DNA of 64,000 nucleotides from an uncultured virus (IMG/VR IMGVR_UViG_3300047319_001747) (IMGVR_UViG_3300047319_001747); one strand, 5' to 3'. Positions 1 to 8,382 are shown, numbered from the stretch's first letter. Notes: a model not told the origin generated them from the sequence alone. Numbers and translations: made by a program.

Positions 1-178
1 GGGCGGGCGGGTGCGCGTGCAGGAGCGCGGCCACCTCGTCAGCGCATTCTTCTAAGCCCCACCCGCGTCCAATGCGATACGAATCCCCGTGGTCGCGGTC
101 TTTCGCAGACTGTTCACGCCACTGAGCTACCAACTGTTCCAGTCCTACCCGGAGTCCGTCCGCGTCGTTAGTAGGCAC
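1..178 (-). CDS. Hypothetical early protein, truncated by the window start (MPTNDADGLRVGLEQLVAQWRE...)
   Basis: Translated by hand from GTG at 178; open to position 1; overlaps the stop of the 168-380 gene; absent from the ORF track because it has no stop. Confidence 0.55.
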   Translation of the reverse strand, partial: MPTNDADGLRVGLEQLVAQWREQSAKDRDHGDSYRIGRGWGLEECADEVAALLHAHPPA

Positions 179-380
179 TGAAGCACTCATGGGCGTCGTA
201 GCCTTTCCGTGTGAAGTAGGCTTGCTCGCAGATGGGGCACAGCAACATCCGCCTGATTCGTAACCGATGCGAGTGGTCGTGCCACGCGCAGACGGGATCG
301 TCGGCATCCTGATGCGTCTCCGCCTCCGGGCACCATCGGCGCAATTGCGACATGGCTGGCCGGAGTCCGTCCGCGCTCAT
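168..380 (-). CDS. Small hypothetical protein with a possible Zn finger (CPIC...HEC)
   Basis: 70 aa ORF, ATGA-coupled to the upstream gene. Confidence 0.55.
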   Translation of the reverse strand: MSADGLRPAMSQLRRWCPEAETHQDADDPVCAWHDHSHRLRIRRMLLCPICEQAYFTRKGYDAHECFSAY

Positions 381-592
381 GGCTTCACCGGAGGATCGAA
401 ATCGAATCCCTTTTCATTAGCCGCGAGACGAAGTTCTTCTTCGGTCTTGCCTTCGGAGCACGGCTTGCAGTGCGCGTATATCCAGAAGCAATCGTCGCAG
501 CCTTCCTTATCGCAGCCGGGGCAGTTCCAGACGTTCTCGCGGAACCGTTGCCCTCGCTTACACGATTCGCAAATCCATGCTCGATAGGTCAC
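377..592 (-). CDS. Cys-rich Zn-finger microprotein
   Basis: CESC, CPGC, CDDC and CKPC pairs; 4-bp overlaps with both neighbours. Confidence 0.65.
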   Translation of the reverse strand: MTYRAWICESCKRGQRFRENVWNCPGCDKEGCDDCFWIYAHCKPCSEGKTEEELRLAANEKGFDFDPPVKP

Positions 593-1488
593 GATTGCAC
601 CGGAGGATCAGGGAGAGGCATCCAGTGCGAGCGCCAGTGACAGGGGTTGCCGCCGTTTAAGGTATAGAACCCGAACTTGTCCCGTTTCGCATCACTGACG
701 CGCATGATCTTGCCACCATCGATCAGCGCGACAAGCACCGGCACGTTGTATGCTGGCCGATCTGAATCAATCGGCTGCCAGCGGGGCGTCAGCTGGTCCT
801 CTTCGGTGTCCGCGATGGGCCGTGGTTGAGCACGCTGCGGAGTCACAGTTGGATGCACTGCGAGGATCTGTCTCGGCTGCATCTGCACGCGCCTGTCATC
901 GTCCGGTCGGTCCCCCTCGGTGTCCGCCCGTGCCGCCGTAGCTTTCGCCAGCAGGCTCATTACTGCATTTATATCCGCTCGATTTCTGGCGATACACTCA
1001 GCGGGCGTCTCACCGTCCTTTAGGAATGGTTCACAGTCCGCGACCAGTTGCGCGGCGCATGCCTGTCGGTCCCACTCGGTGTCCGCCCGTTCGTTGATGA
1101 ATCGGATCAACCCTTCACGGTCAAACATGATCAGTTTGTCATCGTGGAAGTAGCGCCCGAGCGCCTGAATTAACCGATGCGCCCAATCCGCGATCCGCTC
1201 AAAATCGGCTCGCCCGTCTTGAATGAGACGCCCAATGGCGAGAAAGTCGTTCTGTAGCGTCAGCGCCAAGCCGTCCTGCGGTTCCTGGTGTCGGTCCCCC
1301 TCGGTGTCCGCCCGTGACGTTGCGGCCAATTCTCGAATCAGTGCCCGAACCTCTGGGTTTTCGAACTCCCAACGAGCGAGGCACGTGCGGCACTTCCGCC
1401 ACACATGATCGCCGTCCGTCATCACCGTGCATTCCTCGCTGACGGCTTCGAGGAGTTTCAATGCTTTCAATCGACGCTCCATGTTCAT
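589..1488 (-). CDS. Mosaic early protein with a C-terminal DUF551-like domain
   Basis: C-terminal WQPI...VLV...HWMPLPDPP is the DUF551 signature; segments are joined by ADTEGDR-type linkers. Confidence 0.7.
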   Translation of the reverse strand: MNMERRLKALKLLEAVSEECTVMTDGDHVWRKCRTCLARWEFENPEVRALIRELAATSRADTEGDRHQEPQDGLALTLQNDFLAIGRLIQDGRADFERIADWAHRLIQALGRYFHDDKLIMFDREGLIRFINERADTEWDRQACAAQLVADCEPFLKDGETPAECIARNRADINAVMSLLAKATAARADTEGDRPDDDRRVQMQPRQILAVHPTVTPQRAQPRPIADTEEDQLTPRWQPIDSDRPAYNVPVLVALIDGGKIMRVSDAKRDKFGFYTLNGGNPCHWRSHWMPLPDPPVQS

Positions 1489-1900
1489 CACGCCCTCGTC
1501 GGCCAACTGAATGTGCGCGGGCCTTCTCCTACGCAGGCCGATGTCACCCAGAACACATCATTGCCATCGAGATACGCCTGCCCGTTGACGGCGCTCGACT
1601 CGTGATCGCCCCAACATTTCGTGATAAGCATCGGGAAGGTATCGCCCTCAGCGACGACGTTGCCGATGTGGGCCTGCGCGCCTTCCGGCCAACCGTAGAC
1701 GACCGCAGGATCGGCTGTAGCCTCTGCACTCTTGGCGAACGTCTTCATGCGCGTGGCAATACTGACTCCGCTCGTGCGGCGGCGGTTGATCTGCGAAGCG
1801 TCTTCTGCGCTCAGTCGGTAGTGAACGATGCGTCCAATGGTCGGAATCATGGTCTCTCCTTGTTGACGATTTACGGTTAGTCGGTCCCCCCTCGGTGTCC
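795..1900. repeat. Dispersed ~20-27 bp repeat GTCGGTCCCCCTCGGTGTCCGCCCGTG, 5 copies
   Basis: Copies at 795-813 (degenerate), 906-932, 1064-1090, 1290-1316 and 1880-1900 (one extra C). Confidence 0.85.
1488..1850 (-). CDS. Conserved phage hypothetical protein (MIPTIGRIVHY family)
   Basis: AGGAG SD before ATG at 1850; the PTIGRIVHY...P.LIT..W...VNGQ..LDG pattern is a common phage family. Confidence 0.75.
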   Translation of the reverse strand: MIPTIGRIVHYRLSAEDASQINRRRTSGVSIATRMKTFAKSAEATADPAVVYGWPEGAQAHIGNVVAEGDTFPMLITKCWGDHESSAVNGQAYLDGNDVFWVTSACVGEGPRTFSWPTRA

Positions 1901-2088
1901 AGCACGGCCGCACACGACGCCGAAACAAACGCCAGCATCACAACGACTAACTGATCGCAGCGTTGCCGCTCGTCATCGCGCATCGGCCGGTAATGGCCTG
2001 TCAGATATTCCTCAGCAAACATCCGTGCCAGTTTTTCTACCTCGGCTGGCTCTCGGAGTCGTCGTGTGCGGCGGTCCTCGGTGGTCAT
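1648..2088 (-). CDS. Hypothetical protein; 3' end uncertain because of a G6 run near 1890
   Basis: GGAGG SD and ATGA coupling at 2088; the part beyond ~1880 overlaps the next gene out of frame. Confidence 0.5.
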   Translation of the reverse strand: MTTEDRRTRRLREPAEVEKLARMFAEEYLTGHYRPMRDDERQRCDQLVVVMLAFVSASCAAVLDTEGGPTNRKSSTRRDHDSDHWTHRSLPTERRRRFADQPPPHERSQYCHAHEDVRQECRGYSRSCGRLRLAGRRAGPHRQRRR

Positions 2089-2333
2089 GGTGCCTCCCGA
2101 TGAACGGGACAATCAGCTGGTCCAGAGTTATCGCCCTCGCAGGTGCAGCGCGCCTCAGGCGCGAGCACGACCGGCGTGATCTCCTTCCAGCAGTCCTCGC
2201 AGAACGGCCCGACGTTCGGCGTGAGCCAGCGCCAGGCGCTGACCACGAAGCCAGGCAGCTCGCTGTAGCAGTTGCTGCAACGACGCGTCATCAGCTGCGC
2301 GATCTGGGTGCGTGGGTCAAGGGGTTCGGTCAT
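2085..2333 (-). CDS. Cys-rich hypothetical protein
   Basis: 82 aa with CSNC, CEDC and CTC...CPVH; GGAG SD. Confidence 0.65.
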   Translation of the reverse strand: MTEPLDPRTQIAQLMTRRCSNCYSELPGFVVSAWRWLTPNVGPFCEDCWKEITPVVLAPEARCTCEGDNSGPADCPVHREAP

Positions 2334-2343
2334 GTCGTCTCCC

Positions 2344-2631
2344 CTAGCAGTCGTTCACTTGCAGCTGGTCGGCCTGCGTCTGGTCGACCCAGTACTGAAA
2401 GTCTTTGTGCCAGTGCTCGGCGATGGGCCCTTGCCCGAAGCCGCTGAGGATCTCCACTCCGCAGCCCTCGCACTTCCACTTGTCGCCGACCCAGACCTTG
2501 TAGGGCGTCCACCGCTCGGGTTCGGCGGTGCCCGGCAGTGCCTTGTTCTCCTTCGGCATGGCTTCGATGAAGTAGAAGCCAGTCTTCACGCAGCGGAAGA
2601 AGCGTTGACAGGGTATGCAGACAGGCTTCAT
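2344..2631 (-). CDS. Zn-ribbon hypothetical protein
   Basis: 95 aa with CIPC...CEGC; phage-like codon usage. Confidence 0.7.
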   Translation of the reverse strand: MKPVCIPCQRFFRCVKTGFYFIEAMPKENKALPGTAEPERWTPYKVWVGDKWKCEGCGVEILSGFGQGPIAEHWHKDFQYWVDQTQADQLQVNDC

Positions 2632-2651
2632 TTCCTACACTCCACTCTAAA

Positions 2652-2794
2652 AACCCCGGAGGCCATTGCAATCTTCGTCTAAGTGTCTGCGTCTCCCTGT
2701 CGTAGCGAACAAGGCGGCTCCTAGAGAAGTTACCAACGACATTCAGCAGAGAGATTGGTTCGGCCTATGGGACCGTCTCTACTCTCCGGGGGTT
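2652..2794 (-). ncRNA. Candidate structured intergenic RNA
   Basis: Nested inverted repeats 2654-2661/2784-2791, 2669-2674/2752-2757, 2686-2690/2746-2750 and 2698-2703/2736-2741; T-run after the outer stem on the minus strand. Confidence 0.35.
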
Positions 2795-2796
2795 GA

Positions 2797-3612
2797 TTAC
2801 ATCTCCGCCTTGGCCTCCAGCGTCGCCGGGTCGAAGCTCACGTCGCCGGCCTCCTCCTCCGGGTGCAGCGTGTCGGCGTCGATCGCCACGGCCTTGTCCT
2901 TCCACGACTCCCACATCTCGGCGGCGAGCTGCTCGACGCGGCTGTCGGCGACGAGCCAACCGGCGTTCTTCACCTTGTAGATCGCCCAGCTCTTGTTGCC
3001 GTCGACGTCCGATCCCGTGGCGACCGAGTAGACGCCCTTGTAGAGCGCCTTCTTGCCCCGCTGCTGAATGTAGAGGTTCAGCTGCTTGGCGACCTTCAGC
3101 GCCGACGACTTCATCGACAGCCCCATGACGTTCTGCAGCGGGTCGGTGAAGTCGAGGCCGTTCAGCAGTAGCACGATGAAGTCGTAGAACTTCGTCGCCA
3201 CCGGCTTCGCCGCGCGGCCGTTCTCGTCCGGCTCGCCGAACTGCGTCCGCGGGTCGTTGGCGGGCACGTTCGGGTCCTTGACGCCGCCGCCCTGGTCAAG
3301 CGGGATGAACTCGACGTAGCGCGGCTTGTCGGCGCGCAGGATCGTGAAGAGCAGCGGCCCCTTGCCGTAGACCTTGCGCGTCAGGCTGTGGAAGAGGTCG
3401 GTGAACTGCAGCCCCTCGATGTAGCGCGGGCTGGTCGGGTCGATCTCGGGCGACGTCTTCTGCGCCAGCGCGAGGCGCGGGATGAGGATGTCCTCTCGGC
3501 CGATGTGCTCTGAGCCGAGCAGGCCGGCGTCGGCGCCTTCGGGGCGCGTCGCGGTGATGAGCGCCGAGAGGTCGGTCGGGAGGGTCGCGAGGGCGTCGTC
3601 TTTCTTCGTCAT
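2797..3612 (-). CDS. Putative single-stranded DNA-binding/annealing protein
   Basis: G.E.I..EDI.IPRL.LAQ..SP motif typical of SSB-like proteins in PolA-encoding phages; acidic C-terminal tail; AAGGAG SD. Confidence 0.65.
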   Translation of the reverse strand: MTKKDDALATLPTDLSALITATRPEGADAGLLGSEHIGREDILIPRLALAQKTSPEIDPTSPRYIEGLQFTDLFHSLTRKVYGKGPLLFTILRADKPRYVEFIPLDQGGGVKDPNVPANDPRTQFGEPDENGRAAKPVATKFYDFIVLLLNGLDFTDPLQNVMGLSMKSSALKVAKQLNLYIQQRGKKALYKGVYSVATGSDVDGNKSWAIYKVKNAGWLVADSRVEQLAAEMWESWKDKAVAIDADTLHPEEEAGDVSFDPATLEAKAEM

Positions 3613-3809
3613 GCCAGCTCCTTCTTTACCTTGTGCGATGGTGGTGAGAGTGATTCGTCGATCGCGTCGATCGCGCCTTGGTGATACCACTTCAAGACGA
3701 ACAGCGTCAGGACCTTGACGACGTACTCCTGCTCGGAGACTTGCCGACCGAGGATATCTGACAGGACCCCGGCGACTTCTTTGGTGACGGCGTCGATAGG
3801 ACTGATCAT
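3609..3809 (-). CDS. Hypothetical protein
   Basis: 66 aa, ATGA-coupled on both sides. Confidence 0.6.
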   Translation of the reverse strand: MISPIDAVTKEVAGVLSDILGRQVSEQEYVVKVLTLFVLKWYHQGAIDAIDESLSPPSHKVKKELA

Positions 3810-4306
3810 GCCTGCGCCCCCAATCGGATGCGCGTGACGGCCGACGTCTCGACGCCCGGCGGGACGTCCTCACCGGCCAGCAGCCGCTGCTTGACGAGGT
3901 CGACCATCGTCGACGGCCAGAGCTGGAGCTTCGGCGCGAGATCGGGGTCGGCCAGGCACCACTCCCTGAACGCCGCCCTGTCGACGACCTTCGCGCTCGG
4001 CTCGAGGTAGACGGACACAGGGCGCCCGTCGACGCGGATGTTGTCGACGCCCTCGTCCTCGAACTGCTTCGTCATCAGCTGGCTGACGGCCGTCAGCTCG
4101 ACCTGCAGGTCGTAGAGCGTCGCCGCGATGGCGTCCTTCTGCTTGCGGATGCGCATGTACTCGCGCGCCAAGGCGCTCGCCGTCCGCTCGACGGCGACCT
4201 TCGCCTTCGCCGCGTTGACCTTCTCTTGGTAGTCGGGCTCCTCGCCCAAGTCGCGCGGCAGGGTCAGGCCGGCGTACTTGCCCTTGACGATCGTCTGCGT
4301 CTCCAT
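3806..4306 (-). CDS. Conserved phage hypothetical protein, coiled-coil, next to the SSB
   Basis: High GC3; coiled-coil followed by D...F..W and G..VPPGV motifs; GGAG SD. Confidence 0.7.
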   Translation of the reverse strand: METQTIVKGKYAGLTLPRDLGEEPDYQEKVNAAKAKVAVERTASALAREYMRIRKQKDAIAATLYDLQVELTAVSQLMTKQFEDEGVDNIRVDGRPVSVYLEPSAKVVDRAAFREWCLADPDLAPKLQLWPSTMVDLVKQRLLAGEDVPPGVETSAVTRIRLGAQA

Positions 4307-4307
4307 C

Positions 4308-4700
4308 TCACACTCCATGTGCCTTGCGCACTTCGTTGACCAACCATTGCATGTCGAAGCCCGAGCAGAACGCCTCGGGTTCGATGTTCCGGCCGCTGCC
4401 GTTCTGCCCGATGACGCTCTGCGGCTGGACGATGAGCGTCCGCTTGACGTCCTTCCACTGGTGCCAGATGACGTAGCGGCAGTGGCTGACGGCGCCCAGC
4501 CGCGCGCACATCAATTCCTGGATGCCGGGGCTCTCGAACCGCGGCGTGGCGTGCTTGAACTCCCACCGCGTGCTGATGCCGTTGTAGACGACCTCGCGGT
4601 CCGGCGCGCCGTTCGTCGCGTACTGCAGGACCACGGCGCCCGGCAGCTGGCGCTTCAGCTCCTTCGTGAACTGCTGCTTCAGCTGGGCTTCGATCTTCAT
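4308..4700 (-). CDS. PD-(D/E)xK nuclease (VRR-NUC/resolvase-like)
   Basis: G.PD...WEFK motif and SPGIQ pattern; located in the replication module. Confidence 0.65.
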   Translation of the reverse strand: MKIEAQLKQQFTKELKRQLPGAVVLQYATNGAPDREVVYNGISTRWEFKHATPRFESPGIQELMCARLGAVSHCRYVIWHQWKDVKRTLIVQPQSVIGQNGSGRNIEPEAFCSGFDMQWLVNEVRKAHGV

Positions 4701-4846
4701 ACGCCCAGCATCCGACAGACGAACCGCGCCAGCCGCGACGTGTGCCTGTAGACCACGCGCCTGACGATGCGCTGCGGCACGCGACCGCGCTCGACGGCGT
4801 GGAGGTCGCCGAGCAGGCGGGCGGCGCGGTAGAGGGTGGACCTCAT
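4697..4846 (-). CDS. Small basic protein (MRSTLYRAARLLGDLHAVERG...)
   Basis: ATGA-coupled; Arg-rich, 49 aa. Confidence 0.6.
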   Translation of the reverse strand: MRSTLYRAARLLGDLHAVERGRVPQRIVRRVVYRHTSRLARFVCRMLGV

Positions 4847-5271
4847 GGCCATTCCCCATCCGCGATCATCCGCGTGCGGTGCTCGTTGACGATCTTGACG
4901 GCGTGCTCTTTGTCGGTCGCCCAGACGGTGGCCGTGAGCAGGTCTGGGCCCTTCCCGGCACGCGCGGTCGAACGTGGCCAGATGCGCGGTTCTTCCAACG
5001 CGCACTCCAACTCATACCAATCGATATTGACGGCGACAGCCTTCTCGGTCGTGCCGTCGCGCAGCATCCAGACGTCGAAGAGGGAACGGCCAGCGTTGAG
5101 GTCTGCGATGGCCGGGTCGAGCGGCCACTCGGCCACTGTCGCTTGATAGATGTTGCTGTCTTCATCTTTGTTGATCAACGCGGCGATGCGCTCGGCGTGC
5201 TCCTTGGTGGAGAAGACGCCGACGACGCGGTAGTCGGAGTATTCGCCGCGCTCAATGATCCAGATGCTCAT
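4843..5271 (-). CDS. Phage hypothetical protein (GEYSDY.VVGVFST family)
   Basis: Common phage N-terminal motif; ATGA coupling. Confidence 0.7.
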   Translation of the reverse strand: MSIWIIERGEYSDYRVVGVFSTKEHAERIAALINKDEDSNIYQATVAEWPLDPAIADLNAGRSLFDVWMLRDGTTEKAVAVNIDWYELECALEEPRIWPRSTARAGKGPDLLTATVWATDKEHAVKIVNEHRTRMIADGEWP

Positions 5272-5552
5272 CGCCACACCCGGTGCTTCTCGTGCACGGA
5301 CTCAAGGCCATCGTACTCGTCGATGTCCCACTCGACGTCGTCCGGGACCTCGATGACCGCAAGCTCGGCGTACCTACCGTTTGCCTTGTCACCCAGCTCT
5401 TCGACGGCCTGCACGACGGCCGGGTGGCTCCGATATCCATTCTCGCGGGCCTCGCTCCAGTCATACGCAGGGCCGCCCAACTCCGCGATCCTGTTCAGCG
5501 CCTGCTCGCTGAGGCCAAATCCGCCGAAGCAGCCGTTGATGACGACTTTCAT
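5268..5552 (-). CDS. Phage hypothetical protein (KVVIN.CFGGFGLS family)
   Basis: Family motifs KVVIN.CFGGFGLS and EYDGLE.V.E.HR.W; GGAGG SD. Confidence 0.8.
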   Translation of the reverse strand: MKVVINGCFGGFGLSEQALNRIAELGGPAYDWSEARENGYRSHPAVVQAVEELGDKANGRYAELAVIEVPDDVEWDIDEYDGLESVHEKHRVWR

Positions 5553-5776
5553 AACCCCTCCAGTGCCTTGTAGTATTCGTCGCAGCAGTGGTCCGAGCAG
5601 AACGCATACTTCCCGTTGCCGGCCCAGATGGGCTGCGGCGCCGGTTCGCCGCAAGTGGCGCAGTCGACGCTGACGGCGTTGTGCCGGCGCCAGGCTTCGG
5701 CGATGACGCTGCGGGCGTACGACTGGTCGCGTCGGTCGCGGTTCGCCTTGCTGCCGGAGAACAGTTTGCGGTTCAT
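5549..5776 (-). CDS. Zn-finger microprotein (CATC...FCSDHC)
   Basis: TRASH/FCS-like Cys pattern; ATGA coupling. Confidence 0.6.
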   Translation of the reverse strand: MNRKLFSGSKANRDRRDQSYARSVIAEAWRRHNAVSVDCATCGEPAPQPIWAGNGKYAFCSDHCCDEYYKALEGL

Positions 5777-6060
5777 GACACCCTCACTGCACGCTTCTGA
5801 ACCTCGTGGTACTGGATGACGTTCATCCCGGAGTAGCACCCGGCCCCGATGCCGGCCAATTCCCACTTCTCGCCGGTCCAGGTCATCCACTGCTTGCCGA
5901 AAGACTCGGCGAGCGTACCGTCTTCACGGGTCCAGCGGACCCAATCGATGTGGTGTGTTTGGTTGGCGATGTAGTAGGTGGGAGCGTCGGCGAGGGGAAC
6001 CCAAACTTCAACGCGAGGGAAGCCGCCAGAGAACCGAACCGCCGTAACGTTGATGGCCAT
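5773..6060 (-). CDS. Hypothetical protein, first gene after the 6125-6153 promoter
   Basis: GAGG SD; Trp-rich, 95 aa. Confidence 0.6.
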   Translation of the reverse strand: MAINVTAVRFSGGFPRVEVWVPLADAPTYYIANQTHHIDWVRWTREDGTLAESFGKQWMTWTGEKWELAGIGAGCYSGMNVIQYHEVQKRAVRVS

Positions 6061-6124
6061 TTGCTTAGCCTCTTTCCGCCTCGCCGGTCGGGCCTGATTG
6101 CCTCGACTGGGAAAGCGTGAGTAC

Positions 6125-6153
6125 ATACTAGCGCGGGTTTTTAAGAAAGTAAA
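6125..6153 (-). promoter_or_regulatory. Sigma70-type leftward promoter
   Basis: -35 TTTACT (6153-6148), 17-bp spacer, -10 TAGTAT (6130-6125), in an AT-rich intergenic gap. Confidence 0.65.
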
Positions 6154-6206
6154 GCTTTATTTCGTCCCGCTAACCTTATGAAAAACAAAGCACTTAGCGG
6201 CCGTCG

Positions 6207-7967
6207 TCACTCCTCCGTCAGGACCTTCACCCACCCCGCCGTCGTCAGGTCGTTCAGCTGCATTTTTCCTAATCTCGCCAACATTATGTATCTGTCAATC
6301 GTAGCCTGCCCTTTTGGGCCGACCGCCGTGAGGTAGAAGAAGCTCACGGGCCCCGTCTGCCCGGTGCGGTTCACCCTGGCGTCGCCCTGCTTCTTTTTCC
6401 ACGGAGAGAAGTCGTAGCTGACGTCGAGCACCGTGCGGCAGGCGGTGAAGTTCAAGCCCATCGCCCCCGTGCCCTGCGTCGCGGCGACGGTGGCCGGACC
6501 GACTGGCGCCGTCTTCGGGTGGAGCAGCCGGAGCGCCACCTCGCGCTCCTGCTTCTTCGTCTGCTCGTCGTCGAACGCCTTCGCGCCGCACGCCGCGCCG
6601 ACAGGATGCCGGAACGTCCGGCTGACCTCGTTCACGTAGCGGCGCAGCTCCGGTACGAAGCGGCACCACGTGAGCAGCTTCAGGTTGGGGTTCCGCTTCA
6701 GCCACTCGGCCTGCAGCGCGAGCGCGAAGTCGAGCTTCTCGCGGCCGATCTCGACGACATTACTCGTGCCATCCGTCCATGAGTTTCTTGCAGTAACGAC
6801 AACGTTCCCACCAGAAACCGAGGCCCCCATAGGTACCACGCAATTCTGATTGATAATGGTGCCACCCGAGTTGGCAGAAAATAGCGTGGAGTCTTCGCAT
6901 GCCTCGTCTCCAATGTTCGCGTCCTCGATCCCGCCGAGGAAGCCGCTCGTGATCTGCGCCAGCCGGATGACCTTCACGCCGGCTTGGCTCGCCGTGGCGA
7001 CGCCAGACTTCAGCCAGACGACCATCTCGTCGCGCATCTCCTTGTAGACCTTCCACGTCGCCGGCGTCAGCGGCACGTCGAAGCCCACCGGCGGCAGGGC
7101 GAAGTCGACGCCGAAGTCTTTCGCCTCGCGGCGCAGCACGTACGGCGCGAAGCGCTGCTGCAGGTCCGCGATGCCGTCCGGCCGCCAGCCGACGATCGTC
7201 GTGGCGAAGCGCTGCTTCGGCGTCGGGTTGTAGAGGCTCACCGGCTGCTGCAGGGCGTAGCGCCCCTTGAAGTGCGTCTGCGTCTTGCACGCGAGGATGG
7301 ACGGGTGGAGCAGGTTGCCTTGCGCGAACAGGTCCATCGGACTCTCGGCCACCGGCGTCCCGTTCATCTCCAGCACGCGCCCGCAGCGCGGGACGCCTGG
7401 CACCGGGCGGCCGTTCTTGTTCTGCTGCCACCGCAGCAGCATGCAGGCCTCGGTCTGGGCCGAGCCCGCGGTCCGCACGGCCGACGACTCGTCGAGCACG
7501 AGCATCGTCCTCGGGCCGCAGTATGGCAGCAGCGTCGCGAGGTTCTTCTTGCTGCGGATGAATTCGTAGTTCGAGATGACCCAGCGCAGCTCCTTGGCCT
7601 CCTTCCGGCCATGACGCCAGTGCTGGAGCTTCGCGTGGTACTCGGTGACGAGGTTCTGCTTGTCCTCGAACACCTGCTCGTGCAGCTGCCCGAGGTCGGT
7701 GTCGTACCAGACCTTCGTGCGGATCGAGGCCGGCGTGATGACGATGACGCGGTCGATGACGTCGGCGTCGTGGAGGAACTGGGCCGCGATGATGGCCTGG
7801 GCGGTCTTCATCCCGCCCATGTCGTCACAGAGGAAGAAGTACGGATTGGCGACGATGGCGCGCACGCCGACCTTCACGTGCTCCGGCGGCGGACTCCAGA
7901 AGCCACCAGCCTCCGACTCGTCGGGTACCCAGACCTTGCGGCAACGAGAGAAGTCAAGGTCGGTCAT
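6207..7967 (-). CDS. SNF2-family (SF2) DNA helicase
   Basis: DDMGGMKT (motif I variant), LVLDESS (II), NGTP (III), GAMGLNFTAC (V), Q..ARVNRTGQ (VI). Confidence 0.9.
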   Translation of the reverse strand: MTDLDFSRCRKVWVPDESEAGGFWSPPPEHVKVGVRAIVANPYFFLCDDMGGMKTAQAIIAAQFLHDADVIDRVIVITPASIRTKVWYDTDLGQLHEQVFEDKQNLVTEYHAKLQHWRHGRKEAKELRWVISNYEFIRSKKNLATLLPYCGPRTMLVLDESSAVRTAGSAQTEACMLLRWQQNKNGRPVPGVPRCGRVLEMNGTPVAESPMDLFAQGNLLHPSILACKTQTHFKGRYALQQPVSLYNPTPKQRFATTIVGWRPDGIADLQQRFAPYVLRREAKDFGVDFALPPVGFDVPLTPATWKVYKEMRDEMVVWLKSGVATASQAGVKVIRLAQITSGFLGGIEDANIGDEACEDSTLFSANSGGTIINQNCVVPMGASVSGGNVVVTARNSWTDGTSNVVEIGREKLDFALALQAEWLKRNPNLKLLTWCRFVPELRRYVNEVSRTFRHPVGAACGAKAFDDEQTKKQEREVALRLLHPKTAPVGPATVAATQGTGAMGLNFTACRTVLDVSYDFSPWKKKQGDARVNRTGQTGPVSFFYLTAVGPKGQATIDRYIMLARLGKMQLNDLTTAGWVKVLTEE

Positions 7968-8239
7968 TCTTCAATCTCGTTCACCAAGCTGCCTTTGGCC
8001 CTGTCGTCCGTCACCTCGTAGATCGCCACGTGCGTGCCGACCTCCCAGACTCGCTTGCAATCAGGGCAACGGAAGAAGTAGAAGAAATCACCGTCGAAGT
8101 GGCCTCCTCCGCCGCAGGCGCAGTGCACCTCGCAGCAAACGTCCGTGCCCTTCCACTGGATCCAGATGTGCGGCTTGCCCTTGAACATCGGCGACTCGAC
8201 GTCGAGGTGAGACGGCGGGTGCTTGAACGAGTCGGTCAT
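7964..8239 (-). CDS. Zn-binding phage protein (WIQWKGTDVC family)
   Basis: HCACG...H.DG...CPDC; AAGGA SD. Confidence 0.7.
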   Translation of the reverse strand: MTDSFKHPPSHLDVESPMFKGKPHIWIQWKGTDVCCEVHCACGGGGHFDGDFFYFFRCPDCKRVWEVGTHVAIYEVTDDRAKGSLVNEIEE

Positions 8240-8382
8240 ACGTAACGTCCTTTGCCCTTCACCTTCAACTCTGCCCTCCGCCTCGCGCACCGCGCGCACC
8301 GCGACCGCGTCGCCGCCCTAGAGCAGCAGCTGCACAGGCCCAGCGCCCGGTGCCGGTCGCGGTAGGTTTGGCTTTTAGACAT
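8236..8382 (-). CDS. 48-aa basic Zn-finger microprotein (CSCC...CARC)
   Basis: Hand translation MSKSQTYRDRHRALGLCSCCSRAATRSRCARC...; fills the gap and overlaps both neighbours. Confidence 0.55.
   Translation of the reverse strand: MSKSQTYRDRHRALGLCSCCSRAATRSRCARCARRRAELKVKGKGRYV

Noticed and set aside
795..1900. CRISPR array made of the ~27-bp repeats
   Set aside because: Spacing is irregular (about 110-590 bp), the repeats are in frame in coding sequence, and there are no cas genes
6757..6910. Mini-intein in the helicase
   Set aside because: Too short, and lacks the C-terminal His-Asn splice signature
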